Shown: positions 8,730 to 19,057, counted from the first letter of the stretch. The stretch is DNA of 64,000 nt from Candidatus Collierbacteria bacterium GW2011_GWB2_45_17 (GCA_001001485.1 LCKO01000001.1:9381-73380), one strand, 5' to 3'. Notes: a model not told the origin generated them from the letters alone. A program made the numbers and translations.

Positions 8730-10865
8730 ATGGCTCGTAAAAAAGGACGCCGTTCTAAACCCTACAAACTAAATCTTAAAAAGGACACCACAAACTCTGT
8801 CTTGGCCGTGATTCTCATGGGGATTGGCGGTCTCATTGCCATCTCATTTTCTCAACAGGGAGATTTGCTTACTAAAATCAACGAAATTGGTCAGCAATTT
8901 TTTGGTTGGCCTCTTCTTTTTCTCCCCTTTATTTTTATCGTCGGGGGTCTCATCATCACTCACGTCAAATTGGCCATTGCCTCCACCCACGTACTTCTTG
9001 GTAGTGTCGTCACCATGGTTTCACTTTCCGGCTTGTTCGGTACCGGTAGTCTGGGTCTCGGGATCAAAGAATCCGTGGTTTCACTTATTTCAGTCCCCGG
9101 GACCATCCTTTTTTATCTCGTAGGTACCGTGATCGGCATTTTTATTCTTTTTGAAACCTCCATCGAAGACCTTTTGGTCCTCGTTCGAAACATCGTCTCC
9201 GGATTGGACGTCGTTACTAGAAAGCTTAGAGGACTTGTCGGTATCAAAGGGAATACTCCTACTTTTTTAAATAAGAGTAACACCGTCAAAATTACCGGGG
9301 GTGATGAACCCGTTACGACTATTTCTCGCCAGACGGTTGAGCCGGTCAAAATTGTCAGCCGTGACCTTGGACATACTACGCAAGCCGTTCTTGAGACCAG
9401 GCGTTTACCGGACGGTGCCTCCGCCGGAGTCTGGCAGTATCCGCCGCTTACCTTGCTAAGTGATCAGAAGCTGGGTAAGGCTGACAGGGGTGACATCAAT
9501 AATAATATCGAAATCATCCAGAACACCTTGGCTTCTTTTGGTATCCAAGCTAAAGTTATGGAGGTTCACCAAGGTCCGGCTGTCTCCCAGTACGCTCTGG
9601 CGATCACCATGGGAACGAAGCTCAGCAAAATCAGTGCTCTTCAGTCCGATTTGGCTTTGGCCCTCTCCGCTCCCCAGGGGCAAATTCGTATCGAAGCCCC
9701 CATCCCTGGTCGCGATTTGGTTGGCATTGAGATTCCCAATCGGTCTCTAGAGTTTGTCTCACTTCGCGAGATGCTTTCCAAAAAAGTCATGCAAGAAAAT
9801 CGTTCCAAAACCGCTTTTTCACTCGGGCTAGATGTTTCCGGTCAAGAAGTTGTCGCCGATCTAGCCAAGATGCCTCACTTGCTCATTGCCGGCACTACCG
9901 GTTCCGGTAAATCTGTCCTAATCAACGCCATCATTTCCTCAATTCTTTTTCGAGCCTCTCCGGAGGAAGTTAAATTCATCATGGTCGACCCCAAACGGGT
10001 GGAACTTACTCCTTACAACGACATCCCCCACCTACTGACTCGAGTGATTACCGACGTTTCTAAAGTCAGTAACGCTCTCGGTTGGTTAGTGGTCGAAATG
10101 GAAAAACGCTACCGCCTTTTTGAAGAGCTGAAAGTCAAAAATATTGCCGGTTACAACGAAACGATCGGTTTTCAGACCATGCCCTTTATCATTGTCATCG
10201 TCGATGAAATGGCCGATATCATGATGTCCAAGAACGCCGGAGAAATTGAGGAAAAAATAGTCCGCCTGGCTCAGATGGCTCGGGCCGTCGGTATCCATCT
10301 GATTCTTTCTACCCAACGTCCCTCTGTCAACATTCTTACCGGTATCATTAAGGCCAATATCCCCGCCCGTATTGCTTTCCAGGTGACCTCCATGATTGAT
10401 TCCCGCGTCATCATCGACACCCCCGGTGCCGAAAAACTCCTTGGCAAAGGAGACATGCTTTACGTTCCGCCGGACATCGCCAAACCAAAACGTATCCAAG
10501 GCGCCTTTGTTTCCGATAAAGAAATTAAGACTCTTCTCGATTTTATTCGCCGCACCGGAGTTACTTCTCAGATGGACGACACCATCATTAAAGCCAAAGA
10601 ATCCCCCGGAACTCTTTCTGCTTCAGGCCAAAACCTAGGCGATGTTGACGACAAATTTGAGGAAGCGGCTCATTTGGTCATCGCTGAAGGTAAGGGTTCC
10701 GCCTCACTCCTTCAAAGACGTCTAGAAATCGGCTATGCCCGCGCCGCCCGCATTCTCGATCAATTGGAAATGGCTGGTGTCCTCGCTCACGCGGAAGGAA
10801 ACAAGCCCAGAGAAATCATTGTTAGTAGTCTGAGTGAAGTTTTTCCCGGTGAAGATAATTCATAA
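8730..10865 (+). CDS. ftsK: DNA translocase FtsK/SpoIIIE
   Basis: N-terminal TM segments, RIEAPIPG, HLLIAGTTGSGKS, TQRPS, GAEKLLGKGDML, gamma domain LQRRLEIGYARAAR. Confidence 0.95.
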   Translation: MARKKGRRSKPYKLNLKKDTTNSVLAVILMGIGGLIAISFSQQGDLLTKINEIGQQFFGWPLLFLPFIFIVGGLIITHVKLAIASTHVLLGSVVTMVSLSGLFGTGSLGLGIKESVVSLISVPGTILFYLVGTVIGIFILFETSIEDLLVLVRNIVSGLDVVTRKLRGLVGIKGNTPTFLNKSNTVKITGGDEPVTTISRQTVEPVKIVSRDLGHTTQAVLETRRLPDGASAGVWQYPPLTLLSDQKLGKADRGDINNNIEIIQNTLASFGIQAKVMEVHQGPAVSQYALAITMGTKLSKISALQSDLALALSAPQGQIRIEAPIPGRDLVGIEIPNRSLEFVSLREMLSKKVMQENRSKTAFSLGLDVSGQEVVADLAKMPHLLIAGTTGSGKSVLINAIISSILFRASPEEVKFIMVDPKRVELTPYNDIPHLLTRVITDVSKVSNALGWLVVEMEKRYRLFEELKVKNIAGYNETIGFQTMPFIIVIVDEMADIMMSKNAGEIEEKIVRLAQMARAVGIHLILSTQRPSVNILTGIIKANIPARIAFQVTSMIDSRVIIDTPGAEKLLGKGDMLYVPPDIAKPKRIQGAFVSDKEIKTLLDFIRRTGVTSQMDDTIIKAKESPGTLSASGQNLGDVDDKFEEAAHLVIAEGKGSASLLQRRLEIGYARAARILDQLEMAGVLAHAEGNKPREIIVSSLSEVFPGEDNS

Positions 10866-10867
10866 GT

Positions 10868-11488
10868 ATGAAGACCGTCGGTCAAATCATTTCTCAAGCG
10901 AGACAGAAGAGAGGTTTGTCTATTGACCAACTTTCCGGCCTCACTAAAATAGACTCTAGATACATCTCTGCCCTGGAACAAGATAGATATCAACTGCTTC
11001 CGTCAGAAACCTTTGCCAAGGGCTTTATCAGAAACCTTTGCCAAAGATTGGACTTAAATCCAAACGAATTAATTGCTATCTTCCGTCGGGACTTTCGCCA
11101 TCCGGAACAACCACCCGTCTCAAAACATCGCTCTCGGCTATTTTTGCCCGATAACGCTACCCAGTTTCTTCCTTTTATGGTTGGAGGCGTTGTCTTCCTG
11201 GTTTATCTTATTTTTCAGTTTCGAGCCATCGTTATTCCGCCAAAACTTTCAATTTCTAACCCGGAAAATAATGCCGTTTTAGTGTCTCCGGTAGAGATAG
11301 AGGGAAATACAGCCATCGACGCTACAATCTTCATCAACGAAGATATCAAAATCAAGCCGGACGCTTCCGGACACTTTATCGCTCGCCTTAATTTTCCTCA
11401 AGGCGAAATTGCTATTCAAATAAAAAGTGTCAATCGCTTCTCCCGCTCCGTCACCAAAAACCTTTCGGTCACCATCATCTCCAAATAG
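10868..11488 (+). CDS. RodZ-like HTH membrane protein
   Basis: N-terminal HTH (TKIDSRYISALE...FAKGFIRN), one TM segment, Ig-like C-terminus; follows ftsK. Confidence 0.75.
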   Translation: MKTVGQIISQARQKRGLSIDQLSGLTKIDSRYISALEQDRYQLLPSETFAKGFIRNLCQRLDLNPNELIAIFRRDFRHPEQPPVSKHRSRLFLPDNATQFLPFMVGGVVFLVYLIFQFRAIVIPPKLSISNPENNAVLVSPVEIEGNTAIDATIFINEDIKIKPDASGHFIARLNFPQGEIAIQIKSVNRFSRSVTKNLSVTIISK

Positions 11489-11505
11489 ATCTGATATTAT
11501 TACTT

Positions 11506-11808
11506 ATGACCCTACCTCAAATAATTTCCATGGTTTCTGTAGTTTTACTCACCATCGTCGCCGTCGCAGTTGGAATCCAGCTAATTTACCTCCTCAAAGA
11601 ACTCCGTTACTCACTAGGCCGGATTAATCAGACCATAGACAACGTTTCTAATACTTTTGAGAAAATATCTCAACCGGCTCTCGGACTTTTTGCTATCCTG
11701 GAAGGATTCAAGGAGAGTGGCAAAATTATGGAGACTATCTCTCATCTGCTGGGTAGAGACAAGCCCAAACCTCCGGTAGACATCGACGCTTATGACAACT
11801 CTCTCTGA
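11506..11808 (+). CDS. Small membrane protein (DUF948-like)
   Basis: N-terminal TM segment followed by coiled coil. Confidence 0.5.
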   Translation: MTLPQIISMVSVVLLTIVAVAVGIQLIYLLKELRYSLGRINQTIDNVSNTFEKISQPALGLFAILEGFKESGKIMETISHLLGRDKPKPPVDIDAYDNSL

Positions 11809-12052
11809 TAAACCGAGAGGTGGCCCACTGCCTTTTGCTTTTGGTATTCTCTTTGGCGTCGCCGCCACTTTTCTCTTTGGTACCGATGAGGGTCGCAAGT
11901 TAGTCAAGAAAGTCCTCGATCCATCGTTACCCCCAACTACTCCTCTGATCTTTCCCGAAGAAACCCAGCACCATTCCACTCTTGAATCCCCTCCACCTCC
12001 CTCTCCTTTGGTTCGCCCTGTTCGTCCCGAACCCTTCAAACCCACTCTCTAG
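11792..12052 (+). CDS. YtxH-like small membrane protein
   Basis: FAFGILFGVAATFLFGTDEGRK; Pro-rich tail. Confidence 0.5.
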   Translation: MTTLSDKPRGGPLPFAFGILFGVAATFLFGTDEGRKLVKKVLDPSLPPTTPLIFPEETQHHSTLESPPPPSPLVRPVRPEPFKPTL

Positions 12053-12084
12053 CTGGTCACTCTTAGGCTATAATTTGTCTGAAC

Positions 12085-13917
12085 ATGACCATCAATGAAA
12101 TTCGTCAGAAATATCTGGACTTTATGCAACGGCGGGGGCATGCCTTGACACCTTCCGCTTCCTTGGTTCCCGAAGGCGATGCCACTACCCTTTTTACTTC
12201 AGCCGGCATGCAACCGATGATGCCTTATTTACTTGGAGAAAAACATCCTCTTGGCCCTCGCCTTGTCGACTCTCAAAAATGTTTCCGTTCTCAAGACATT
12301 GAATCGGTTGGAGACAATCGTCATAGTACTTTTTTTGAAATGCTAGGCAACTGGTCTCTCGGTGATTACTTTAAAAAAGAACAACTAAAATATTTTTTCG
12401 AGTTTCTCACCGACCCCAACAAAGGGCTTGGTTTGGATCCTTCCCGACTCTTTGTTACCGCTTTTGAAGGCGACGGTCAAATTAAAAAAGATACCGAAAC
12501 CATTGAAATTTGGCGCGATCTGTTTATCAGAGCCAATCTAAAAAATGTCGATGAGCATATCTTTACTTATCCTGCCAGCAAAAACTGGTGGTCTCGCGCC
12601 AGTGTACCGGAAAAAATGCCTGTGGGGGAGCCAGGCGGTCCGGACTCAGAGGTTTTTTATGACTTCGGTGTGAATCATAGATTTCATGAATCTTCTGCCT
12701 ATAAAAACGGCGAATGTCACCCCAACTGTGATTGCGGCCGCTTTCTGGAGATTGGTAACTCGGTTTTTATGCAGTACCAGAAAAACTCCGATGGCAGTCT
12801 CTCCGAGCTTCCCCAAAAAAATATAGATTTTGGCGGTGGTCTCGTTCGTTTAGCCGCCGCCGTCAACAATGATCCTGACATCTTCCACACTAGTATCTAC
12901 GATCCCATCGTTAAAGAAATCGAAAAATTATCCGGTAAGTCCTATGAAGACGAAGAAAACCAGCCTCCCATGCGGATCATCGCCGATCATCTCACCGCCG
13001 CCACCTTTCTCATCAAAGACGGTATTTTCCCCAGTAACAAAGCTCAGGGGTACGTTCTCCGCCGCCTTCTTCGTCGCGCGGCTGTTAAGCTTCACTTCTT
13101 AATGGGTGGTCGTGAAGGTATTATTCAGCTCGCCGGTATCACTTCGTCGATTATAGAAATTTACAAAAGCATTTACTTTGTCAAAGACGATTCGCTCTAT
13201 GTTCAAGGCGCTATTGCCAATGAGATTAGCCGGTTTGAAAAATCATTGGACAAAGGGATTAAAGAATTGGAAAAGAAAACCGATGTTTCCGGTAAAGACG
13301 CCTTTGACCTTTATCAAAACTACGGTTTTCCTCTGGAGATTACGACCGAGATTTTGGCTCAAATCGGTAAGTCGATAGACACGGAACAATTTCAGAAGGA
13401 ATTTGAAAAACACCAAGAACTCAGCCGAACCGCTTCAATGGGCATGTTCAAAGGCGGTCTGTCCGACCACTCCGCCATCGTGACCGCTTATCACACCGCC
13501 ACCCACTTGCTTCATTCTGCCTTAAGAATAATTTTGGGCACTCATGTAAGTCAAAAAGGCAGCAACATTACCGCCGAGCGTCTCCGATTCGATTTTTTTC
13601 AGCCTGAAAAAATATCCGACGATCAAATAAAATCTATTGAAGATTTAATCAATCAAAAAATATCGGAAAAATTACCAGTTACTCGGGCAGAAATGCCCAA
13701 AGAAAAAGCGATCGCCGAAGGCGCCATGGCTTTTTTTGGTCAAAAATATCCCGACATAGTGAGCGTATTCACCATTGGTGAAGAGCCGAACCATTTTTCC
13801 AAAGAGCTATGTGGAGGTCCGCATGTGGCAAGTCTGGCAGAACTTGCTAAGATAAAGGTAGTCAAACAAGAGTCTTTGGGCGCCGACACCCGACGTCTCT
13901 ATTTACAGTTTGTTTGA
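12085..13917 (+). CDS. alaS: Alanine--tRNA ligase (short form, no C-Ala domain)
   Basis: TLFTSAGMQP, HSTFFEMLGNWS, IIADH, HTATHLL, ELCGGPHV. Confidence 0.95.
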   Translation: MTINEIRQKYLDFMQRRGHALTPSASLVPEGDATTLFTSAGMQPMMPYLLGEKHPLGPRLVDSQKCFRSQDIESVGDNRHSTFFEMLGNWSLGDYFKKEQLKYFFEFLTDPNKGLGLDPSRLFVTAFEGDGQIKKDTETIEIWRDLFIRANLKNVDEHIFTYPASKNWWSRASVPEKMPVGEPGGPDSEVFYDFGVNHRFHESSAYKNGECHPNCDCGRFLEIGNSVFMQYQKNSDGSLSELPQKNIDFGGGLVRLAAAVNNDPDIFHTSIYDPIVKEIEKLSGKSYEDEENQPPMRIIADHLTAATFLIKDGIFPSNKAQGYVLRRLLRRAAVKLHFLMGGREGIIQLAGITSSIIEIYKSIYFVKDDSLYVQGAIANEISRFEKSLDKGIKELEKKTDVSGKDAFDLYQNYGFPLEITTEILAQIGKSIDTEQFQKEFEKHQELSRTASMGMFKGGLSDHSAIVTAYHTATHLLHSALRIILGTHVSQKGSNITAERLRFDFFQPEKISDDQIKSIEDLINQKISEKLPVTRAEMPKEKAIAEGAMAFFGQKYPDIVSVFTIGEEPNHFSKELCGGPHVASLAELAKIKVVKQESLGADTRRLYLQFV

Positions 13918-16051
13918 CAACCAAGAATCTGTGAATCTAGTTAACCTATTTGGCAATAAATCAAAGCTCCCAGAGCCGGAGTATTTTCTGGCTATCGAAA
14001 TTCACGAATCGCTCATCAAAACCGCCCTCTGGGAAGTTTTAGAAGGCCAACCTGAAGTGGTGAATGTCGGTTCATACGAATCCTGGGCCGATGAAGAGTC
14101 TCTTATCAACGGTGTTGATTCCTCTCTGGATCAGGCTATCAAAGTCATCAAAGGTCAACCCAAGAGAGTTGTTTTTGGTCTACCCGCTTCCTGGATGGAA
14201 GATGAAAAAATCCATTCTACCAAGACTAAACTAGTCACTCGTCTTTGCAAGGAGTTGGGGCTAGAACCCATTGGGGCGGTCACCACCAATCGGGCCATTG
14301 CCCACTTCCTCAAAAAAAGAGAAGGCATGCCCCCCACAGTCATTCTCTTGGAAGTCTATACCAGCAAGGTGGCCGTTTCCTACGTTTATCTTGGAGCCGT
14401 CAATAAAACGGAAGAGGTGGCTAGATCCGGAGATCTGGCTCACGACGTTGAGGAAGGACTTACCAGAATGGATCTTAATAACTATCCCGCTCGTTTCATC
14501 CTGACGAACGGTAACGGCTTGGAAGAAGAGTCGCAACAGATTACGGCTTTTCCTTGGACAGATAGGCTTCCCTTTAAACATATTCCGAAAGTAGAAATAC
14601 TTCCAATAGATTTTTCCATCAAAGCCATTGCCCTTACCGGGGGCATCGAAGCCGTCCAGTCGATTGGTTTCGAAATTAAAGAAGCGGTTGAAGAATCTAA
14701 TTTGGTGGTTCCTGAAAAAACACCTTCGTCAATGGAAGAGCTGGGTTTTTCCTACGAAGAAACCGCTCCTCCTCCCTCCATTTCATTGGCAGAACCGGTA
14801 GAACCCTCTGAAGAAGACCTAGAACCAAAATATGCCTTCTCTGGAGATGAGATCGGCTCGTCACCCCAGAAAAAATTTCACTTTAAAATTGCCCTACCCT
14901 CACTACCTAAAATAAATCTTCCCCACCCTCCTCGTCTGAGTTATCTATTATTCCTGGTCATCCCCGCCATCTTGTTTCTGGGGCTAATCGCTTACTTGTT
15001 TTTGGGCCAGGTCGAGATAGCTATTCACTTCAATCCTCAAAAAGTAAACAGGCAGTTGGGGATCGCTATCGCCGAGACTCTGCAGGAAAGTATACCGACC
15101 TTAATTGCTACCAAGAAAACTTTTTCCGGCTCCGCTCAAGAGTCAATCTCCACTACCGGAACGGCCACGGTCGGCGACAAGGCTACCGGCACCATTACCA
15201 TTGGCAACAAGTCCAGCGCCCCCCTTATCCTCAAGGCCGGGTCCACTGTCAGTAACGACACCGGAAAGTATTCATATATTTTACAAACCGCCGTTACTAT
15301 CGCCTCTGCCAGCGCTGACTCTCTGGACACGATTTCCGGAAAGGCAACCGGTGTCCAGGTCACTGCGACCAAAATTGGCGCCGAACACAATCTTCTCAAA
15401 GGAACCATTTTTAGCGTCGATAGTTTTTCCAAAGCCATTGCCGTAGCCGTTTCCGAATCTGACTTCGCCGGTGGAACTTCTCGCACCGTCAACGCTGTTT
15501 CCAAAGTCGACCAAGATAAATTGCTGGCTACCGGTACCGAAAAAATCAAGATCAAAGTTCAGTCCGACGCTCAAATGGAAAATCCCGAACTAAAAACCCT
15601 ACCTCTTTCCGACATTATTTTTACCAAGAAACAGTTTGACCACAACCTTTCCGAAGAAGCAACTACCGTCAGTCTCACACTGGAAGGCTCATTCGACGCT
15701 CTGGTTTACTCTCAAGGAAGTCTCAATGATTTAGCTACTAATGAATTAAAAAGCCAAATTCCGGCGGGCTCATATATCAAAAAGGAATCGACCACCGTTA
15801 GTTTGGAAAATCCCACTAAATCAGGTGGCATTTACCAATCAAAAGTCATGATTGAAGCCTCTCTTTATCCGGAAATAGACGAGCAAAAACTGGCGGAATT
15901 CATCAAAGGCAAGTCCGTTTCCGGCCTGCGTCATTTCTTTGAACCGATTCCTGGTTTTACCGGAGTCAATATCAAGATTTTCCCTTCCCTGCCGTTCATT
16001 ACCAAGATTCTCCCGCTCCGAAACATTAAGTTCGACCTCGTTAGCAACTGA
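13910..16051 (+). CDS. Membrane protein with an FtsA/PilM-like N-terminus and a baseplate-J-like beta-rich C-terminus
   Basis: YFLAIEIHESLIKTALW N-terminus; TM segment near aa 345-365; GDKATGTITIGN...VTATKIGAEHNL...FAGGTSR. Confidence 0.5.
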   Translation: MFDNQESVNLVNLFGNKSKLPEPEYFLAIEIHESLIKTALWEVLEGQPEVVNVGSYESWADEESLINGVDSSLDQAIKVIKGQPKRVVFGLPASWMEDEKIHSTKTKLVTRLCKELGLEPIGAVTTNRAIAHFLKKREGMPPTVILLEVYTSKVAVSYVYLGAVNKTEEVARSGDLAHDVEEGLTRMDLNNYPARFILTNGNGLEEESQQITAFPWTDRLPFKHIPKVEILPIDFSIKAIALTGGIEAVQSIGFEIKEAVEESNLVVPEKTPSSMEELGFSYEETAPPPSISLAEPVEPSEEDLEPKYAFSGDEIGSSPQKKFHFKIALPSLPKINLPHPPRLSYLLFLVIPAILFLGLIAYLFLGQVEIAIHFNPQKVNRQLGIAIAETLQESIPTLIATKKTFSGSAQESISTTGTATVGDKATGTITIGNKSSAPLILKAGSTVSNDTGKYSYILQTAVTIASASADSLDTISGKATGVQVTATKIGAEHNLLKGTIFSVDSFSKAIAVAVSESDFAGGTSRTVNAVSKVDQDKLLATGTEKIKIKVQSDAQMENPELKTLPLSDIIFTKKQFDHNLSEEATTVSLTLEGSFDALVYSQGSLNDLATNELKSQIPAGSYIKKESTTVSLENPTKSGGIYQSKVMIEASLYPEIDEQKLAEFIKGKSVSGLRHFFEPIPGFTGVNIKIFPSLPFITKILPLRNIKFDLVSN

Positions 16052-16052
16052 C

Positions 16053-16805
16053 ATGTTATATAGCTACCGCAAGGCTACACAGGGTAATCCCCACCCCGGC
16101 CGCCGCATTCCTCTCTATCTCAAGACCATCCCCACTCTGGTTTCTGCCTTGGGGCTCGCCATTCTTGGTGGTGTGGCTTACCCTGTCGTCAGTTATCAAC
16201 TTAATAACTTCCGCTTATTTAATCTGGCTGACTCGGGTCTACTTTCTCCGGTCTATTATCAATCCCAAGCCCAGGATGAGGGTGAGCCTATCGTTGTTTC
16301 AGGGTTAGACTTTACCAAAGCCAGTAGTTGGTTCCCTGGTACCCCTCAAAACAATCTTTTCGCCTCCAAAAAAACTTTCGGAGAAAATGTTCCGGATTTT
16401 TACACTCTTTCTATACCCTCGCTAGGAATTTTTGATGCCACTGTGGCTCTTCGAGATGAAGACCTCACCCAACACTTGGTTCAGTATCCCCAAACAGCCT
16501 TGCCGGGACAGATAGGCTCTCCGGTTATTTTTGGTCATTCGACCTTACCTCAATTTTTTGATCCAAAAAAATACACCACTATTTTTTCAACTCTGCCTAA
16601 GATCAAGGTTGGCTCCGATATATTTGTGACCTACGATGGCGCCGAGTACACTTATCGCATAAGCAAAACCTTTGAGGTCAAGCCCAAAGAACTTTGGGTT
16701 CTGCGTCAAGAATACTCAGACAAAACCCTTAAACTGATTACCTGCGTTCCTCCGGGCACCACTCTGAGACGCCTAGTAGTTGAAGCCAACCTAATTCCAA
16801 ACTGA
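16053..16805 (+). CDS. Sortase family protein
   Basis: LSIPSLGI, PGQIGSPVIFGHS, LITCVPPGTTLRRLVV; ATG at 16053 preferred. Confidence 0.9.
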   Translation: MLYSYRKATQGNPHPGRRIPLYLKTIPTLVSALGLAILGGVAYPVVSYQLNNFRLFNLADSGLLSPVYYQSQAQDEGEPIVVSGLDFTKASSWFPGTPQNNLFASKKTFGENVPDFYTLSIPSLGIFDATVALRDEDLTQHLVQYPQTALPGQIGSPVIFGHSTLPQFFDPKKYTTIFSTLPKIKVGSDIFVTYDGAEYTYRISKTFEVKPKELWVLRQEYSDKTLKLITCVPPGTTLRRLVVEANLIPN

Positions 16806-16812
16806 CGTACTC

Positions 16813-16926
16813 GTCATTGCGAGCGTAGCGCGGCAATCTAACTCTAATTATAGTGTCATCCCGGACCTGGATCCGGGATCCATCCCCTCCGTCATTGCGA
16901 GTCTCGTATTCGAGCCGAAGCAATCT
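16813..16926 (+). repeat. Three tandem GTCAT-headed hairpin units
   Basis: Units start at 16813, 16855 and 16891; 16891-16925 is identical to 43812-43846. Confidence 0.9.
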
Positions 16927-16956
16927 AGCATTCGCTATCATTGGCTATCGCTCGCA

Positions 16957-16985
16957 TTGACAATGACAATACAATATAATATAAT
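16957..16985 (+). promoter_or_regulatory. Consensus sigma70 promoter (leaderless transcript)
   Basis: TTGACA-17 nt-TATAAT, with GTG 7 nt downstream. Confidence 0.8.
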
Positions 16986-16992
16986 TACGCAA

Positions 16993-17265
16993 GTGAAACC
17001 AATTCAATGGGATTCAAACAAGAGTATTAAACTTAAAGAATCTCGAGGTGTTTCCTTTGAAGAGGTCTTCGAACTTGTTTTCAATCGCGAAGTGGTCGCG
17101 ATTGTTGATAATCCAAATCAAAAAAGATACCCGGGGCAGAAGATCATTCTGGTTATCTTCAATTCATATATGCACTGCATACCGTTTGTTGAGGATGAAG
17201 AAAAAATCTTTCTCAAAACAATTTTTGCTAGCCGTAAATATCATAAAAAATATTACAAAAAATGA
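16993..17265 (+). CDS. BrnT-like toxin
   Basis: WDSNKSIKLKESRGVSFEE...RYPGQ...FLKTIFASRK; GTG at 16993 preferred. Confidence 0.75.
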   Translation: MKPIQWDSNKSIKLKESRGVSFEEVFELVFNREVVAIVDNPNQKRYPGQKIILVIFNSYMHCIPFVEDEEKIFLKTIFASRKYHKKYYKK

Positions 17266-17537
17266 AATATTACAAACTCACCAAAGAAGAAAAACAAATT
17301 GAAAAAGATCTTATAGCTGGTAAATATGTTCCAGTACCTAACATGGAACAAGAAATTGATCGCTTCCAAAAAATAGCCCAAGCTCAACTCAAAAATAAAA
17401 CTGTTAATTTCCGTATTGCAGGGTCAGAGCTAGAAATCTTTAAATCCAAATCTGGCAAAGTTGGCCTTCCTTATCAGTCTCTACTATCTCTCCTTATTTC
17501 TCAATACAATCGAGATAAATTTTCCATCAAGCTTTAA
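17262..17537 (+). CDS. Antitoxin with a C-terminal ribbon-helix-helix (BrnA/CopG-like)
   Basis: KTVNFRI...GLPYQSLL. Confidence 0.75.
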   Translation: MKYYKLTKEEKQIEKDLIAGKYVPVPNMEQEIDRFQKIAQAQLKNKTVNFRIAGSELEIFKSKSGKVGLPYQSLLSLLISQYNRDKFSIKL

Positions 17538-17543
17538 CTTTCC

Positions 17544-17936
17544 ATGCCCATTATTCTTTGTCTTGACCCAGGTACCTCTCACACAGGCCTCGCTATTTCT
17601 GAGGAGGGGATTCTCGCCACACCGGTCGCCACTATTTATGAAAAAGAGTTAGATCAATTGGTCACCAAATTACTGCCCTTTCTAAATCGATATCATCCGG
17701 ACAAAATCGTCATTGGAGTCCCGGAGTATGGTCCAATCGTCAAATTTGCCACAGACTTAAGTGAAAAAATTTACACCGTTTTTCCCAAAGAAATAGTCTT
17801 TTTTCGTGAAGATCTCAGTTCTCACACCGCCAGGAATGTCATGAAAGAGCAAGGGAAAACTCTGACTAAACGAAAGAAAGAAGAGCACCAAACCGCCGCC
17901 GCCCTCATCCTCCAAGACTACCTCGATTCTTTCTAG
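17544..17936 (+). CDS. ruvX: YqgF/RuvX pre-16S rRNA nuclease
   Basis: ILCLDPGTSHTGLAISE, IVIGVP, AAALILQDYLD. Confidence 0.88.
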   Translation: MPIILCLDPGTSHTGLAISEEGILATPVATIYEKELDQLVTKLLPFLNRYHPDKIVIGVPEYGPIVKFATDLSEKIYTVFPKEIVFFREDLSSHTARNVMKEQGKTLTKRKKEEHQTAAALILQDYLDSF

Positions 17937-17974
17937 TTTATTCGCAACTTTGATTATGCGATAGAATTGGGTAC

Positions 17975-19033
17975 ATGGAGGCAAAAGTATCAATAGATTC
18001 AGAAAAAACAATAGCTCCCGAAAAAGAATACGAAAAAATTTTAGCCCTTTTTTGCGATAATTCAGGGCTTGACGTAAAAGAAGTAGAAACCAGAATGAAG
18101 TCATCGGGTTTAGACAAAATCGTAACAGGTCCAAAAACTGGATTACTAAAAAAATTATTTCCGGACGAAAAAGATAGAGATCTAAGAGAAATTTTCCAAT
18201 GGATAGAACTGGATAGGGATCACATCATTAAGGGAGGCAAAATATTTCAATGGTTAGATCTAGTTGTTACTTGGACTCAAATTGGGTCTGGTAAAAACAA
18301 ATTTGAACTCTTATTTCCGGTAGTAGCAGACAATGCTTTAGTCCAATTAAAAAAAGAATTACACAATTGGGAAACAAACCTACAATCAATATCGAACGAA
18401 ATTAATAGAGATCCATATCTATTAGAACAAAAAGCTACCGTCACTAAGAGAGTTGGGAGGGTAGATGATACTTTAAGACGAATAAACACCATAGGTATAA
18501 AGGAAATAGCGAAAGGAAGAATTCCTGTTACGAGAGTACTGTCTTTTACCGCAAATGAAGAAAATAATAATCCAGAAATATCACAACTAGCCTTAGACGT
18601 TTTGGTTTCTGAATCGACCTTCGGTATTAACAATCAGTCTAGGTTGGTCAACATGACCCTAGCTGATCTAAATAGGCATAAAGCTTGGCCAGAAAAAGGT
18701 TCCCCCCTGACATCTTGGAGTTTCGCTTCACTAAACAACCATCCAGCCTTGCGAAATATTGCTGTTGAAAAGTCGATAATACAGGTGAGTAGCTTACCCA
18801 TTATGGAACTTTGTTGGTCCAGAGATGCAATTCAAGCCGCAAGTTTAAGAGACGATCTTTATCCTATCCGAAGATGGTACGTTGGTGATGATCTTCACGC
18901 GCCAGCGATGGATAATAAAATGAGGTTAGATGATTTGGGTGAAAGAAATATTCACGCTGGAATTTTTCAATCAGAAGACGAGGCTACAGTATGGGGAAAT
19001 ATCCCAAATCTAGGGGTATTCAACTTGCTTTAA
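17975..19033 (+). CDS. Hypothetical protein with a possible C-terminal ADP-ribosyltransferase-like domain
   Basis: AT-rich 352 aa ORF; VTRV...LNRH...LTSWS...SEDEATVWGNIP. Confidence 0.5.
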   Translation: MEAKVSIDSEKTIAPEKEYEKILALFCDNSGLDVKEVETRMKSSGLDKIVTGPKTGLLKKLFPDEKDRDLREIFQWIELDRDHIIKGGKIFQWLDLVVTWTQIGSGKNKFELLFPVVADNALVQLKKELHNWETNLQSISNEINRDPYLLEQKATVTKRVGRVDDTLRRINTIGIKEIAKGRIPVTRVLSFTANEENNNPEISQLALDVLVSESTFGINNQSRLVNMTLADLNRHKAWPEKGSPLTSWSFASLNNHPALRNIAVEKSIIQVSSLPIMELCWSRDAIQAASLRDDLYPIRRWYVGDDLHAPAMDNKMRLDDLGERNIHAGIFQSEDEATVWGNIPNLGVFNLL

Positions 19034-19057
19034 GAATCCATAATATATAATCAATCT

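Noticed and set aside
12085-13917. alaS as a truncated pseudogene
   Set aside because: Catalytic and editing motifs are intact; short AlaRS lacking C-Ala is plausible in reduced genomes.
16813-16926. GTCAT clusters as CRISPR, tRNA or IS ends
   Set aside because: Units differ in subtype, spacing is irregular, there is no cloverleaf, and no transposase lies between them.
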